NCBI GenBank assembly: GCA_044892525.1
Contig: CM097885.1
Location: 47,741,727-47,805,726, forward strand
Source: Schmidtea polychroa
Taxonomy: Eukaryota
Length of the DNA: 64,000 nucleotides
Reading direction: 5' to 3'
The notes under the pieces are model-generated. The model ran no database searches and had not been told where the DNA came from. It saw only the letters and a list, made by a program, of their open reading frames with translations. The position numbers and the translations under genes were made by a program. Positions within the stretch are counted from its first letter, which is position 1. Every line of letters starts with the position of its first letter. This document shows, in pieces, positions 40,201-48,514 of this stretch.

Positions 40201-43144
40201 AGATTGGTCATTGATTTGGCAACATTATCAATCCCCGATCTATACTGGTCATTGATTTGGTAATATTTTCAATCTCCCACAAATCCCCAATATATATTGG
40301 TCATTGATTTGGCAACATTATCAATCCACCAGAAATCCCCGATATATATTGGTTATTGATTCGGTAACATTATCAATCCCCGATCTATACCAGTCATTGA
40401 TTTGGTAATATTATCAATCCCCCAGAAATCCCCGATATATATTGGTTATTGATTCGGTAACATTATCAATCCCCCAGAAATCCCCGATATATATTGGTTA
40501 TTGATTCGGTAACATTATCAATCCCCGATCTATACCTGTCATTGATTTGGTAATATTATCAATCCCCCAAAAAATCCCCGATATATATTGGTTATTGATT
40601 CGGTAACATTATCAATCCCCCAGAAATCCCCGATATATATTGGTTATTGATTCGGTAACATTATCAATCCCCGATCTATACCTGTCATTAATTTGGTAAT
40701 ATTATCAATCCCCCACAAATCCCCGGTCTATATTGGTCATTGATTCGGCAACATTATCAATCCCCGATCTATACCGGTCATTGATTTGGTAATATAATCA
40801 ATCCCCCACAAATCCCCGATATATATTGGTTATTGATTCGACAACATTATCAATCCCCGATCTATAACGGTCATTGATTTGGTAATATTATCAATCCCCC
40901 ACAAATCCCCGATATATATTGGTTATTGATTCGGTAACATTATCAATCCCCCAGAAATCCCCGATATATATTGGTTATTGATTCGACAACATTATTAATC
41001 CCCGATCTATACCGGTCATTGATTTGGTAATATTATCAATCCCCCACAAATCCCCGATATATATTGGTTATTGATTCGGTAACATTATCAATCCCCCAGA
41101 AATCCCCGATCTATGTTGGTTATTGATTCGGCAACATTATCAATCCCCGATCTATACCGGTCATTGATTTGGTAATATCATCAATCCCCCACAAATCCTC
41201 GATCTATATTGGTTATTGATTCGGCAACATTATCAATCCCCGATCTATACCGGTCATTGATTTGGTAATATTATCAATCCCCCACAAATCCCCGATATAT
41301 TGGTTATTGATTCGGTAACATTATCAATCCCCCAGAAATCCCCGATATATATTGGTTATTGATTCGACAACATTATTAATCCCCGATCTATACCTGTCAT
41401 TGATTTGGTAATATTATCAATCCCCCACAAATCCCCGATCTATACCGGCCATTGATTCGGTAACATTATCAATCCCCCACAAATCCCCGATCTATACCTG
41501 TCATTGATTTGGTAATATTATCAATCCCCCACAAATCCCCGATCTATATTGGTCATTGATTCGGCAACATTATCAATCCCCGATCTATACCGGTCATTGA
41601 TTTGGTAATATTATCAATCCCCCACAAATCCCCGATATATATTGGTTATTGATTCGGTAACATTATCAATCCCCCACAAATCCCCGATATATATTGGTTA
41701 TTGATTCGACAACATTATCAATCCCCGATATATATATTGGTTATTGATTCGACAACATTATCAATCCCCGATATATATTGGTTATTGATTCGACAACATT
41801 ATCAATCCCCGATCTATACCGGTCATTGATTTAGTAATATTATCAACCCCCCCACCACAAATCCCCGGCACATATTGGGCATTCATTCGGCAACATTATT
41901 ATCAACTCCCTTAATCCAATTTTTAATATATTGTTACAATTTTCACACACAAAATTAATATTATCCTGCAAAATTGTGAAAGCCAACTCTCCCTCCTTAT
42001 CAAACAAAATTATTTTGAACTGATTTCTACTGAATATTGATAATATCCATCAAATTCTCACCTTTTCCCATTCCAGTCTGAATCCTTACTCCAGCCAAAT
42101 CCAGAAACAAATGCAAGTGTTAAAACTCCTAAAGCTCCTGCGCCGGGTATTTTGAAAGTGATGCTGCCAAACATTGCCACGATAGAAAGTAAATACAATA
42201 AAATAGATCGATAAAAGATAAAATTGTCCTAATAAAACAAATGAGTAAATTAAAGAATAAAATATAAACTACATTGTCAGAAGATGGAAAGAACCACGAG
42301 ACACACCCGAGAATTATTCCAAATGCTATCCCAGCTAAAGCTTCAAGTGGGCCACGAAGTATTTGTAAAGCTAAGGGTTGATTGTCAGCAAATGAAAATC
42401 CCAAACAAATCCCAAATCCGGTAATTGCGAGAACATCATCGATAGATGCGGCAGCGATTACTAGAGTATTAATTCCTTGGTCTACACCAAAACCTTTTTT
42501 TTCTAATTCTAAAACACTTGGAACGACAACAGCAGGTGACACAGCAGACAAAATAAATCCCAACATAAACGCCCAACTCCAAGACAACCCAATAAGGAAA
42601 TGAGACACCACTGCTTCAGTTATTGCTTCAATGAGACATGGTGTAAATGCTAGTCTAACTACAACGAAACTCAGCCTTTTCAACACTTTCGGATCTAATC
42701 CAAGACCAGCTCGGATTAAAATTATCATTAAAGCCATATTTCGCAAATTTCCTGACCATAATTTATTAATAAAAATCGCAACATTTATGTAGGGAATATT
42801 TCTTAAAGCAAAACCAATAATTAACATTCCTTAAAATTTTTAATTATAATATAAAAAATAAAATATTCCAATTTCTTACCAAGTAAAGGAGGCAATTTAA
42901 TATAAACTATTAAAATTCCCCCAATAGTACAGCCAATGTATAAAATAAGTAATCCCAGAAGATTACCATTATCGCATTTAACAATATTCGTTGTATTTCG
43001 ACTCAATTTAGATGTGCAATTAACTAAGTCAAAATCTTTTGGATCAAATGAATAAAAGCATATGCCGATTGTAATAAAGCACAAGATTACAGTAAGAAAT
43101 GTATTGATAAATAAACGTGGGGGACAAGTTATCGTGATTTTCAT
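13221..43144 (-). CDS. SLC9B: Na+/H+ antiporter NHA (SLC9B family); exons 43144-42880, 42829-42273, 42228-42062, 35038-34929, 13666-13452, 13406-13221
   Basis: LPPLLGML, ILIRAGLGLD, AVSPAVVVP, AASIDDVLAI, FQPFLFGLIG, AWLPKATVQAALG, ILITAPIGA. All five GT-AG junctions are phase-compatible (introns 50, 44, 7023, 21262, 45 bp). A further 5' exon is possible. Confidence 0.92.
15718..16061. mobile_element. Probable hAT-type MITE
   Basis: Ends AGCGCCGTGCT..AGTACGGCGCT form an imperfect TIR with subterminal GGGGCCCC-like motifs; no clear TSD. Confidence 0.45.
16144..17125 (+). repeat. Polinton left terminal inverted repeat
   Basis: Reverse complement of 29938-30918 apart from a few homopolymer indels/substitutions. 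Confidence 0.97.
17032..17104 (-). ncRNA. tRNA-like Pol III unit in left TIR (copy of 29959-30031)
   Basis: A box TGGCGCAGTGG at +8, B box GGTTCAAATC at +52, T8 terminator; 73 nt. Confidence 0.6.
17246..17317 (-). ncRNA. Diverged duplicate tRNA-like Pol III unit just inside left TIR
   Basis: ACCTTGA TGGCGCAGTGG..GGTTCAAATCACATCTGAGGTT plus T9; differences from the TIR copy lie between the boxes. Confidence 0.55.
17385..17768 (+). CDS. Zinc-finger ORF, probably the detached N-terminus of the Polinton pPolB
   Basis: CNIC..HLKSKAH, CLKC..HFENC, CPHC..HIKEC; same frame as pPolB and separated only by TGA AAC CCA. Confidence 0.7.
   Translation: MKTGYPIKNFFLKMNCNICNKVFKNKTGLISHLKSKAHLLKENNLNDTNSKLCLKCKGRFLHSGYNKHFENCIGKNREIFTCPHCNFSTKLNFYYLEHIKECKNKKQNSDDEECHSEGEPDHVEREK
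17775..21116 (+). CDS. Protein-primed family B DNA polymerase (pPolB)
   Basis: ExoI LYGDFES, inserted CWMC..DHDH..YRGAAHKNCNL, ExoII FHNLFGYD, ExoIII YLSLDV, motif A YIDATALY, motif B KLLNNSVFGK, motif C MDTDS. Confidence 0.97.
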   Translation: MKLEDIPEFEKLNNLKLNIYEHVIGKEIIPIYISDSGTKDNGAQDNEIYLLILEQQNNQHYVLIKNFQPFTSPENPTSGGGTCKSCLHYSTTKNSMIKHTRFCEKDDPALIKMPNNPKMYFKNFSNLLQTIGVLYGDFESINHKQDLVYQYLKIIEKNKLMDLWNSSGEKMKPERMKAFLRKRNKPNSVKKTKQLPSAYKLLFKSNYPELIESREYSILGGTPEEVLNHFTKNINDLEHEIFKILKTNYPQNISNQQQQEYENTSNCWMCKQNILPDEKVIDHDHLKKENNYRGAAHKNCNLNCHTPKFIPVIFHNLFGYDIHLFIKHLAANAKNSFKVIGLTKEKYKSVEYGKLKFIDTLNFLQMSLDGIAKTMKPEDFKITREFLEKNNIPLEEYPTCLAKGIYPYDYVDSFERYNETSLPNKEDFFSNLLQSGITDQEYSRALKMWELFKCKTLGEYTNMYLSLDVYILADCFEEFTNSFVLKPYNYITAPSLAWDTMLYTIWTSNIEDADKIIDLLTNLDMFNQIKTNIRGVSSVMGNREIKARNAITTSRRLSKHPDDPYMKINNEELKELLETMKNPIFILYIDATALYSGIMTQYLPMSDFTEIENPTDDLMKEILSTSKDSPIGYFIECDLDYPDDIKSGTRYFPLAPIRRKIDINELSEWQISQDKPPTMKLLCDQTDRRFYLCHYRLLQFYLSRGMILKKVHSVIRFKQAPFMKAFIEENIRCRNIAKREGNLFKDNNYKLLNNSVFGKTMENVDKYTHIELLTNTTKDIKRYNRMLGKPTFKNAQVFSENLTAVELKNYEKTYNKPIFIGFTILELSKLQMYETYYNILQPIYGANISMHAMDTDSMFLTIRTHDLQKDMKENPILSNLINSSGELFSFKDEKPFTPIENGIFIRAKQYSYETFRNPEFITRSFIFKTPETEETITHRYPIFPKEEKPVKDNRCKGIQRVVAKNLSHQDYIDTLNPNHKDKIDEIHQLKSENHDIHLIESQKVSLSNYDDKRFILSDLKTTLPIGNNLIPIIKNLEKLNKLYDTKITDLDIYNVEIIYPEREIEKPLYSQVFNPICLELKYFNTDPEYIKGLSDKEFKDHKLMIHRLAFNHN
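21211..21810 (-). CDS. Polinton membrane protein with YPEL and PSAP motifs
   Basis: 199 aa; N-terminal IYPEL and PSAP, central hydrophobic stretch VIGYSLGFASAILTVILPITLPVVTLAPVILGSISV; TAAAATG start. Confidence 0.75.
   Translation of the reverse strand: MEEVREEKIYPELRSSGYYSSKAPSAPTELEIMRVKEFKSETLHLQDLLKHYKKIKNRWNKGNTVLKVIGYSLGFASAILTVILPITLPVVTLAPVILGSISVADGFLTEIVSLSYTSKKKSLYREVCLSIELGISKLFLFQLKALEDGILTDEEIMKSNQIIQDIKNEVIRLKREGMVANVISNKKTSREKWLKNSYL
21819..22829 (-). CDS. Putative fibre/spike-like protein
   Basis: GDSMKGDLILNGHKIKELSFPTDEADAVNKKYVD resembles fibre/trimeric adhesin neck motifs; followed by a coiled-coil-like region and a globular C-terminus. Confidence 0.6.
   Translation of the reverse strand: MSSYIPCNRGGGTIKTGFNTEEILTLTENKYINERGDSMKGDLILNGHKIKELSFPTDEADAVNKKYVDGVKKYTDLTTTRIESSLTTKIDSMESKLNNIEQRFNDKFDKLQSLLTEQVVKLNTAILNSKDKQIMNTKFNTIYKIINEMITSFNKRISNLESHGTHINTTHSIRKRAAELEQNKTLLPHTYKHFIEPSLITTNSKEWGVFMVVKIIDPYFFLFDDDNERMKWFVKCDYNSKLKKGDVIMTSYDLPHGDWYVNTHSHGLHKVKSKNIHFSSSLVQYIDLIFYEKKVDVDEVRKALRELYKDILSTRVSFDIRVLVPDGAQKNKVLFF
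22854..23618 (-). CDS. Minor capsid protein (penton)
   Basis: YELGL..YNTIFNI, IEPGAYEI, INIHCDCITGSY, GYKIVE..YLPL, GELIDFNGE..LHLK, the pattern of Polinton pentons. Confidence 0.85.
   Translation of the reverse strand: MELHNPPEDNLKKMVNIMSDKYSRTLSINSKESEFTINFQDSIKLDQNLNYELGLLWFCAYNTIFNITKDNNKFTIQTRDGHKPEIITIEPGAYEIKDLNDILSKKTNEGIKIKMDIPTSKCVMTLKNIKISFLDNCFFHTVLGFKPMDITIKEDKIITSENIIKIINTNTINIHCDCITGSYNNGKQTNVLYSFPSNTVPMGYKIVERMNPPNYLPLCRKYIMDINFKILNQEGELIDFNGEEISMYLHLKQV
23667..24131 (-). CDS. Adenain-like cysteine protease
   Basis: GSHWV (His), YFDSFG (Asp), VQ..ICG (Gln, Cys). Confidence 0.93.
   Translation of the reverse strand: MTPSILDFLKTFGINAKTNFDLKDYANYLNLKIKILMNDELSSLESPLNIIINYQNSNEKGSHWVCIYKKSIYFDSFGIKPTKEVEDYLLRGSPIDSPNGYTFNSLQVQPLNTKICGILSLYVLYRLNKGEGKGHTQDFESIIQEIYNDLESLL
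24140..25033 (-). CDS. Polinton hypothetical/core protein
   Basis: 297 aa intact ORF with TAAAATG start, basic RKRRR stretch, GEG/EGG motifs and C-terminal LLAARKAGHNN. Confidence 0.7.
   Translation of the reverse strand: MVYEERLALLKKLQSEQDKYNKKDTTQHAESIILNEVITQQQGPTIKAIKELEDFNEQAKFKELEDKKQKIKELEWQDKEKESSENHPESHSERNQRKRRRISNVEEEEMFLKTKALKVDPKIRDDLPPSIRPTFNTNTEGYQIITINKQNFTLYSNSENKSRIHSQNVYNNEYLDFEFTDDFYRLLCGYSSDDVEEIKKYLNLIKLIRASSKAKYIQDLKNYLNKNEKGYVVTEGEGLISEGGKPNPINLFIELRKLLAARKAGHNNLDSDILKISKDLLKQGIISKDKFNKYTKF
25056..25634 (-). CDS. Virion core protein with adenovirus pX-like segment
   Basis: EGGILPLAALIPAIIAGLSGAAGIA; three GKGLYL repeats. Confidence 0.7.
   Translation of the reverse strand: MTTEESLQELINSNKNKSIVIDGKKYFIGKHVKEQVRAKLHEAKEGGILPLAALIPAIIAGLSGAAGIAGGIATTVQKAKESQKTDLEKEKLQTEIDSMKKVGQAKGGVSVGKGLYLNPYEGSRQKSQGKGLYLDPYKGRGLNDFLKNQISTSESLSSKDKEDLKKICKSLKNGCLCKTKNGKGLYLKPFEL
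25650..26444 (+). CDS. A32/FtsK-like DNA packaging ATPase (likely start ATG 25650)
   Basis: Walker A GSSGCGKN, Walker B LVIFDD, RGRHNNCNVIYISQ, IRNN. Confidence 0.93.
   Translation: MDIWKPILNRHKSKFNNKVFPDNFRLLIVGSSGCGKNVLVLKMLLEDDFLDYNNLIFYSTTINQPELQLLKCGFENKLTKKAIIDIFKNQHRCPEEVFQPCDMVDWYKEKILESDINNNNDYSCEDQGQEAIQVLFSNKPEDVLHCDLLPKDKMNLVIFDDVVNMKNQEIQKSYFTRGRHNNCNVIYISQTYYALDKNSIRNNSNCFIFFKLDRRDKNMIYNDLFSNVEPDKNMFDMFVDNHWKEKYNYIYLDREKAEIWKSLF
26456..27859 (-). CDS. Zn-finger + PLA2 + rve integrase fusion protein
   Basis: CESC..HLKTKKH; HNYTGPGT..IDQAALKHDIAY..RHVAD; DDE triad SADL/WCDKG/VVERLN; C-terminal FKIGDRVRI..ELQK; no chromodomain. Confidence 0.93.
   Translation of the reverse strand: MSLYWRCESCNCQVTRHHKASHLKTKKHTGGDLIPRAGGDLQSSKTTSSILKPFTTEKYPGERHLFKHNYTGPGTRLDIRLDENNNPKQGEEPINRIDQAALKHDIAYNSTNLRDRHVADVNLIHDLNSIQNPSTQEKIQRALVKLAMKGKIFIGLGHSPITMGARLPRKAKDVAYKKIIEQAEIERSLESTAKTSLQTPTESEIKYAKELHHEFRKNKKYLKVQVHEKDQTWSADLVFMPKSSDPEKYKIILTVIDLYTRFAFARCLENKTGYSITEAFENIFEENQRIPKYLWCDKGTEFYNKVFTKFLNENDIKLYSTENEGKAVVVERLNRTLKNKMWKYFTAIGKQKWNNELLQKIVNEYNNDVHSSIKLTPLNASMKHETIKVVNIENDVIEKPKFKIGDRVRIFKYKNKFEKGFTAKWTNEIFIINKIHYTTPITYSIFDLNNEKILGRFYNNELQKTDF
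27889..29175 (-). pseudogene. Major capsid protein (428 codons) interrupted by one in-frame TAA at codon 67 (28975-28977)
   Basis: The 66-aa and 335-aa ORFs share a frame; the link reads AKL*YKIELEIEANKDITLENNFFPNLFSNMRL. Capsid-like LKHLFGF, RPRYILIGF, LNSSYYP, IFCINVSDQ. Confidence 0.85.
29232..29304 (+). ncRNA. tRNA-like Pol III unit 1
   Basis: A box TAGCGGAGTGG at +8, B-box-like GGTTCAATT at +52, partial acceptor pairing GCCA/TGGT, T7 at 29307-29313. Confidence 0.55.
29476..29548 (+). ncRNA. tRNA-like Pol III unit 2 (tRNA-Cys-like 5' half)
   Basis: A box TAGCTTAGTGG at +8, D-stem GCT/AGC, CT-GCA at positions 32-36, perfect T arm ATGGG-TTCAAAT-CCCAT, T14 terminator; anticodon stem unpaired. 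Confidence 0.7.
29712..30008 (+). CDS. Small coiled-coil Polinton protein
   Basis: 98 aa, charged helical composition, AAAATG start; the 3' end runs into the right TIR. Confidence 0.6.
   Translation: MDELKERMRNELNEVKHKRMKRREEEPLEYIKELMVDNEKYRHFYMKAVDVADIRLKKMKQLQERVKELESIIYSLKNDKNSNLDGAVGIDWHSGSNG
29938..30918 (-). repeat. Polinton right terminal inverted repeat
   Basis: Inverted copy of 16144-17125. Confidence 0.97.
29959..30031 (+). ncRNA. tRNA-like Pol III unit in right TIR
   Basis: A box 29966-29976, B box 30010-30019, terminal pairing ACCTTG/TGAGGT, GTG at positions 34-36, T8 at 30034-30041. Confidence 0.6.
30960..31048. repeat. Perfect 40-bp inverted repeat with 9-nt loop
   Basis: Arms 30960-30999 and 31009-31048. 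Confidence 0.95.
31171..31863 (+). CDS. gag: Gag with two CCHC zinc knuckles
   Basis: CSYCGKNGHLEERC and CWLCAEEGHIAKEC. Confidence 0.93.
   Translation: MDKMIPIFNGEGDVQQWIQKVKLVAKIQRIVELESIIPLYLDGPAFAVYQHLSTEDKGNALKIEHALIDVYSIDMFQAYDQFRERRWCNEPVDVYLNDLKKLASLAKIDNEIIIKSAFIMGLPAVSSQQLRSNANIQQMSLVEVLKQSRVLVNCDNMELCSAVVGKQDKKKKCSYCGKNGHLEERCFKKQGKKCWLCAEEGHIAKECTRNSESGNAKGVARVPASTLARI
31809..34663 (+). CDS. pol: Pol (PR, RT, RNase H, IN), -1 frame to gag, with a frameshift lesion at ~34076
   Basis: ALIDSG, DFRELN, DLKNAY, YIDD, WCDAS, HHCC finger, LAMDV/IDNA and, in the shifted ORF, GNGIIERNH. Confidence 0.92.
35404..35485. mobile_element. Tiny piggyBac-type MITE (82 bp)
   Basis: TTAA-CCCTTTAATGGAC..GTCCGCGAAAGGG-TTAA; 10/13 TIR match. 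Confidence 0.6.
35550..36390 (-). pseudogene. Highly decayed pogo-like transposase
   Basis: Minus-strand pieces YNAEKKLKQ..SSRAARR (Brinker-type DNA-binding-like) and LVIPAGLTKLLHTLNIIVN (DDE_1 IPGGxTxxLQPLD-like). Confidence 0.55.
40180..41900. repeat. Minisatellite of interspersed ~41 and ~52 bp units
   Basis: Core GGT(T/C)ATTGATT(C/T)GGTAA(C/T)ATTATCAATCCCC(CACAAATCCCC)GAT(A/C)TAT repeated tandemly over ~1.7 kb. Confidence 0.95.
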
Positions 43145-43563
43145 TATGTTGCACTGAAATTTAACAGATTATATTAAATATGGAAAAATATATAATTAAA
43201 ACAAAATATACACATTAATTAATACCCTAATTCGAGATCAGTAGAAGAATATTTCTATACAATTAATATACGAAAAATATAAATATATTAATTAAATCTT
43301 TTTTAAAATAATCAAAAACTATTTAAATTTAATGATTAAATAAAACAACAGAAACTGACGATAATTTCCATCTTAATTTGAACATTTTAATGCTTTCAGT
43401 GTTAAAAAATACTGAATCCAATTACATTAAATTTGATGTGTGCTTGTCATTGTTTGAAATGATATGATGTATTTGACAAATATAACTAACATGTGTGTGT
43501 ATGTATGTATAATTATGTATAAATTAATACTGATTGATGCACTAAAAATATTTTATTACAAAA

Positions 43564-46500
43564 ATGAAAAGTTTTCAAGGACCCAAATTTGGTATTTTAG
43601 CATTCATTTTACAAATTGGGTTTCTTTTGATATTTGGTTTTTGCGTACGCTATAAGGATAACATTAATGCATCTATCACTAGTAATACCATCCAACCATT
43701 TGTAGAAAACCGATATTTTTATTTTCAAGACGTCCAAGGAATGATGTTTTTAGGATTTGGATTTTTGATGGTTTTTTTAAAGAAATATGGATTTAGTTCA
43801 ATAGGAATCAATTTTTTTCTTTGTGTATTTACAATAGAATGGGCGATCATTATGATAGGAGTCAAACATCGTGATGGAATCTACATTAAGATTAATGTCG
43901 AAGATTTGTTGAATGCTGAATTTACATTAGCAGCAATCTTAATTTCATTCGGAGCTGTTCTTGGAAAATTGAGTCCAATTCAGTATATGATTATGGCTTT
44001 AATTGAAGTACCTATTTGTGCATGGAATGAACATCTAGGGCGTGAAATTTTTCATGCCGTAGATGCAGGAGATACGATTTTTGTGCACACTTTTGGAGCT
44101 TATTTCGGATTGGGATGTGCATGGGTCATTTCAGGTGCTGACGCGCGTGAACATGAAAATGAAGAATCAAGTTATACTTCTGATTTATTTTCAATGTTGG
44201 GAACATTGGTTCTGTGGATCTTTTGGCCTAGCTTTAATGCTGGCGGAGGTTCTGCAGACCGTCAACAAAGAGCTATTGTTAACACAGTCTTATCGTTGTG
44301 TGGAAGTGCTTTTATGACTTTTGTGATTAATTCATTCATAACGGTCGATAAATCAGACGAAAATATTAAAGGGAAATTTAAAATGGTTTACATTCAAAAT
44401 GCTACTTTGGCTGGTGGGGTTGCAGTAGGAGCATGTGCAGATTTGATGATTGAACCCTGGGGCGCGCTTTTAATTGGTATATGAATTTATTGTTAAAATA
44501 GTTTAACCAAGCTATTCACAGGTTCAGTTGCTGGTATTTTATCTACTATCGGATATCGTTACATCACTCCAGCCTTAACCAGAATATATCTTCATGATAC
44601 ATGTGGAGTGAATAATTTACACGGAATGCCTGGTATTATGGGGGGTATAGGCTCTGCAGTGGCGGCCTCCATAGCTACCAATACACTATATGGAAACACT
44701 CTGACCACTGTGTTTTCTCAAATGGTAATTTAATTTTTTTATTAATTAGATTATTTGTGAAAAAATATTTTTTTCATTACTTGCATATTTTTTAGAAACA
44801 AATTTTTCAAACAAACAACATCTTTTTTGAAATAAAAATAAGATTTTAAAGAGTTTTTGTCTGACAATTGTTAAAAATAATTTAGAACGAACTAATTATT
44901 TAATAAAATTTCTCGTTTCAAATTGATTTTCTAAATTAATATTAGTGCTTGGGTCCTTATTGTAAATTTTCGTCTGGGTTATCCAGAATCATTCTAGCAT
45001 GTCATAAATTTATTGATAATAAAATTAAATATATTAACATTTAAAATTATTTGTTTACAAAAATTAAAAATTTCAAATCATGAATGTGATAACAGAAAAA
45101 AATTAAAATTAATTAATAAAAACATAACTTGGCTCAATAGAGTTTATTAATCCTTAGATGACCTGCAAAAACAACGCTAAGTTCTTTTTATTTAAATTCT
45201 TACGTTATACATTTAATACAATTTTTTTAATATGTCTATAGAATCAAGTTAACATATATTTTAATATTTTAAAAACATATATATTTTAATTTTAAAATGT
45301 ATCCGATAGACACTTCCAGTCCTCTAAGGGTTAAGTGAGTATTAGCCAAAGTAACAGCGTAATTGAGTAATCCATCAGATCGACAAAATATTGTTTTAAT
45401 TTACAATTCTTTTGATCGAATAATATATTGGAAATACTGACTTAGTAGCACAGCATTTTCATTATTATTATGAAATTAGTTGAATCTTTTATGAAAAAAG
45501 TTGAATTTATTATGAAAATACTATAATATTTTTCTTTTTTTCTTTTAATAATATATATCAACATCTTCGATTAACCCTGGATTATATATATGATTATATA
45601 TATGAAAGTGTCTTAAGTTCATTTTCCTTCATTTCCAGATATTTAAAGTTTTACATTTTCTAATATTTAAAAAAATGTTAATGTTATTTATTATGCTATG
45701 GATTTTTTATCCAAGAAAGACTTCTGAAGAAGAAAATGGAAAAATTGACTTACACCACTTTTGTTTAAAACTGCTCATAAAAATACAAAGAAAATAATAT
45801 TAAAGATTTTATTGTTACTTGGTTAAATTATTAGAAAAAATTAAATTTTTTTTGTCTAAAAATTTCAATCAAAAAATGTGAAAGTGAAAATTTATAATTA
45901 AATCATTGCAGATTTCTCAATGTGAAATCGGCATAATAAAGACACAATTAACTTTACAAAAATAATTTATATTTTAAAAAGTCAGTCATAAGATTTTGAA
46001 TGTTTAAAATTTATAATTATTTTGCAGTGGACCGACATTGATATGTTTGATATGTTGAATTAATCATCTGGAACTGTTGCCGTGGTAATGAAAATAAAGA
46101 GAGTGTATTGCAAACGGAATTAACCTTTTAGACATGACAATAAGGTACTGCCCTAATTTTTTTATAATTTTGCCATAATTCTAGAGGAATCCTTTAGTGG
46201 CGTAGCTGTTCGAGAAAAATTTAGAACCCTTACAAATTATAGTTTATATGATTTTACTTGAATTTTGTACCTATTGGTTTCTGTTGGCATTCAAATTTTT
46301 ACATTTTTTTCAAAATCCTCATCACATTTCCGATGCATCGTATCTTGTCATATTTTTCATGATTATCCATTGATGGACATGGAAATCTTTAACTCTTACT
46401 CCATGAATAAACTCTTCTTTACTTCTCATCTTCGTATCGAAACACTTGATTACGAACTTTTTCTTAGTCTCTATATACCCTCATTAAAATTTGATTTTAG

Positions 46501-47550
46501 AATTTCTAATAAAAGTATTTCACTGTATTAGTGAAATGGGTTGAGTTGCTATTGTGTAAAATTTCATTGAAAACAATTTTTGGCATTCCTCGGTAATAAA
46601 AACCCCTTGAAAATAAATGATCTCATTTCAATAGTAAAAGTTACTTAACATGAAGCACAAGCGTATAGTTGTAAAATTCATACCTTTTTCATGGTAATCA
46701 CCTCCCAATCAAAACATAATCTGGCCACATTGAGTTTCATAGGTTACAAAATTTATAAATGAATACAGCTGGACCCCATTTCAATATAAAATATACAAAT
46801 TAAAATATAAATGGTGATTTTAAAATATTGTTTTTGATATGTAATTGAATTACATCATTGATAATTATTTATTAATAGAAAAAAATTACATTTATTAGTA
46901 GAACATTTAATCTTATTCACCATTGATCTTTTATCAATTTTTTTTATTTGTTTACATAATTTGTGTTTTGTTTAAATTAACAGCAAAATATTGATCGATA
47001 GTCTAAAAAGTAAAGATAAAAAATATTTAAATTTATTTCACTAATTTATAATTTGTCTGACTGAAATAAAAAAAAGCATTTATTCAATAACTTAAATAAA
47101 TATTTATTTCTCTTTTAATATTCATTCAATCAGTTCTGTTTAGTTATTCAATTTTTATTTCACAATTTCAAAATCTTTATTCCAAATTTTAAAATCGAAA
47201 GGCTTTTTATAAAATTATTTTTAATTGATTTTTCAATTTTCTATAGCCTTCAAGATCTGCTTCAGCACAAGCCGGTTATCAACTAGCAGGGCTTGGCTGT
47301 ACAATAGCTATTAGTTTGGCCGGGGGTGCATTTGTCGGTAAGAAATTATTTTATTTAAATATTCTGTTATTATTCACCTTTATGTTCAGGAGTATTGTTG
47401 CGTTTCATTCCAATATGTGACAAGCCGAAAAAACATGATTTGTTCAATGATAATCGATTCTGGATCCTTCCTGAAGAGACACCTTCAGTTGAAATCTATG
47501 AAACTGATCTAAATCCATCAGTTGTAAAGATCGGCATGAAACAATTTTGA
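43564..47550 (+). CDS. Rh-family ammonia transporter; exons 43564-44476, 44522-44724, 47247-47337, 47390-47550
   Basis: FQDVQGMMFLGFGFLMVFLKKYG, LISFGAVLGK, VHTFGAYFG, LWIFWPSFN, QNATLAGGVAVG, HDTCGVNNLHGMPG; GT-AG introns of 45, 2522 and 52 bp in phase. Confidence 0.95.
45151..45330. mobile_element. piggyBac-type MITE in Rh intron
   Basis: TTAA-TCCTTAGATGAC..GTCCTCTAAGGG-TTAA; 10/12 TIR match. Confidence 0.55.
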
Positions 47551-48101
47551 AGTTTAAATATGAATTTGTTTTGTTTTTGAAAAAAATGCACTATATTTCG
47601 TCTTCAAAACATATATTTTTCATATCAGACAATAAAAATTTCATCTACCTGATACTTGGTTAAGGGTATTATATAAAACAAAAAAAAAATTCAATTATCC
47701 CAATTTCTCTCATAGAAAATTCTAAAATAAAATTTATAAAAGTGACAATTATAACTAATTAAAGATGAAATTATTAATGTAAAATTTTTGAATAAAATAT
47801 GTAAATGAGTTGAATGATAAAAATATGTCGGTAAGTGATTAAATCATGATTACGATCAGAAAAATTTTCTAATTTTTAATGTCAAAATTTTCCTTGCAAA
47901 AATCGTAAACAAATAATAACAAATCACATAAAACAAATGGCCAGTCTTGATTTGGATTATTTACATTTTCAACTTTTCTCTTCTAAATATTGTTTTTACG
48001 TTTTAAATAATCATTTTCAACAATCAACTTAAAATTTTGTTTACCTTTGATCTGTTTTTGTTTTATTTTAATATTTATATTTTTTGTTATTATTAATATT
48101 T

Positions 48102-48103
<2 letters not shown>

Positions 48104-48184
<81 letters not shown>
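48104..48184. repeat. (TA)n microsatellite
   Basis: Directly visible. Confidence 0.95.
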
Positions 48185-48190
<6 letters not shown>

Positions 48191-48514
48191 TTGGTTTTAC
48201 AAAGTTCCCCTTTTCATTTCTCATCATTCTCTTCTCAATATACTTGTTAGGGATATTTAAATAATTAATTTATAAATAAAATATTTATTGTATTATAAGT
48301 ATCAAATACTATTATATATAATATATATAATATTATATATAATAACTATTATATATTATATATTAAAAGAATAATAAGTATAAATGCTGGCACGCATAAT
48401 CATCTTCATTATTAAATTAATTAATTCGCCATTTAAATTGTTTGTTTTAATAATACCAGATTTAGGCAATCAATTTGTATTTAAATATATTTTTAGATTA
48501 TTAAGCTTTTATTA

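Noticed and set aside
40180..41900. CRISPR-like array
   Set aside because: No unique spacers and no cas genes; eukaryotic intron; it is a tandem minisatellite.
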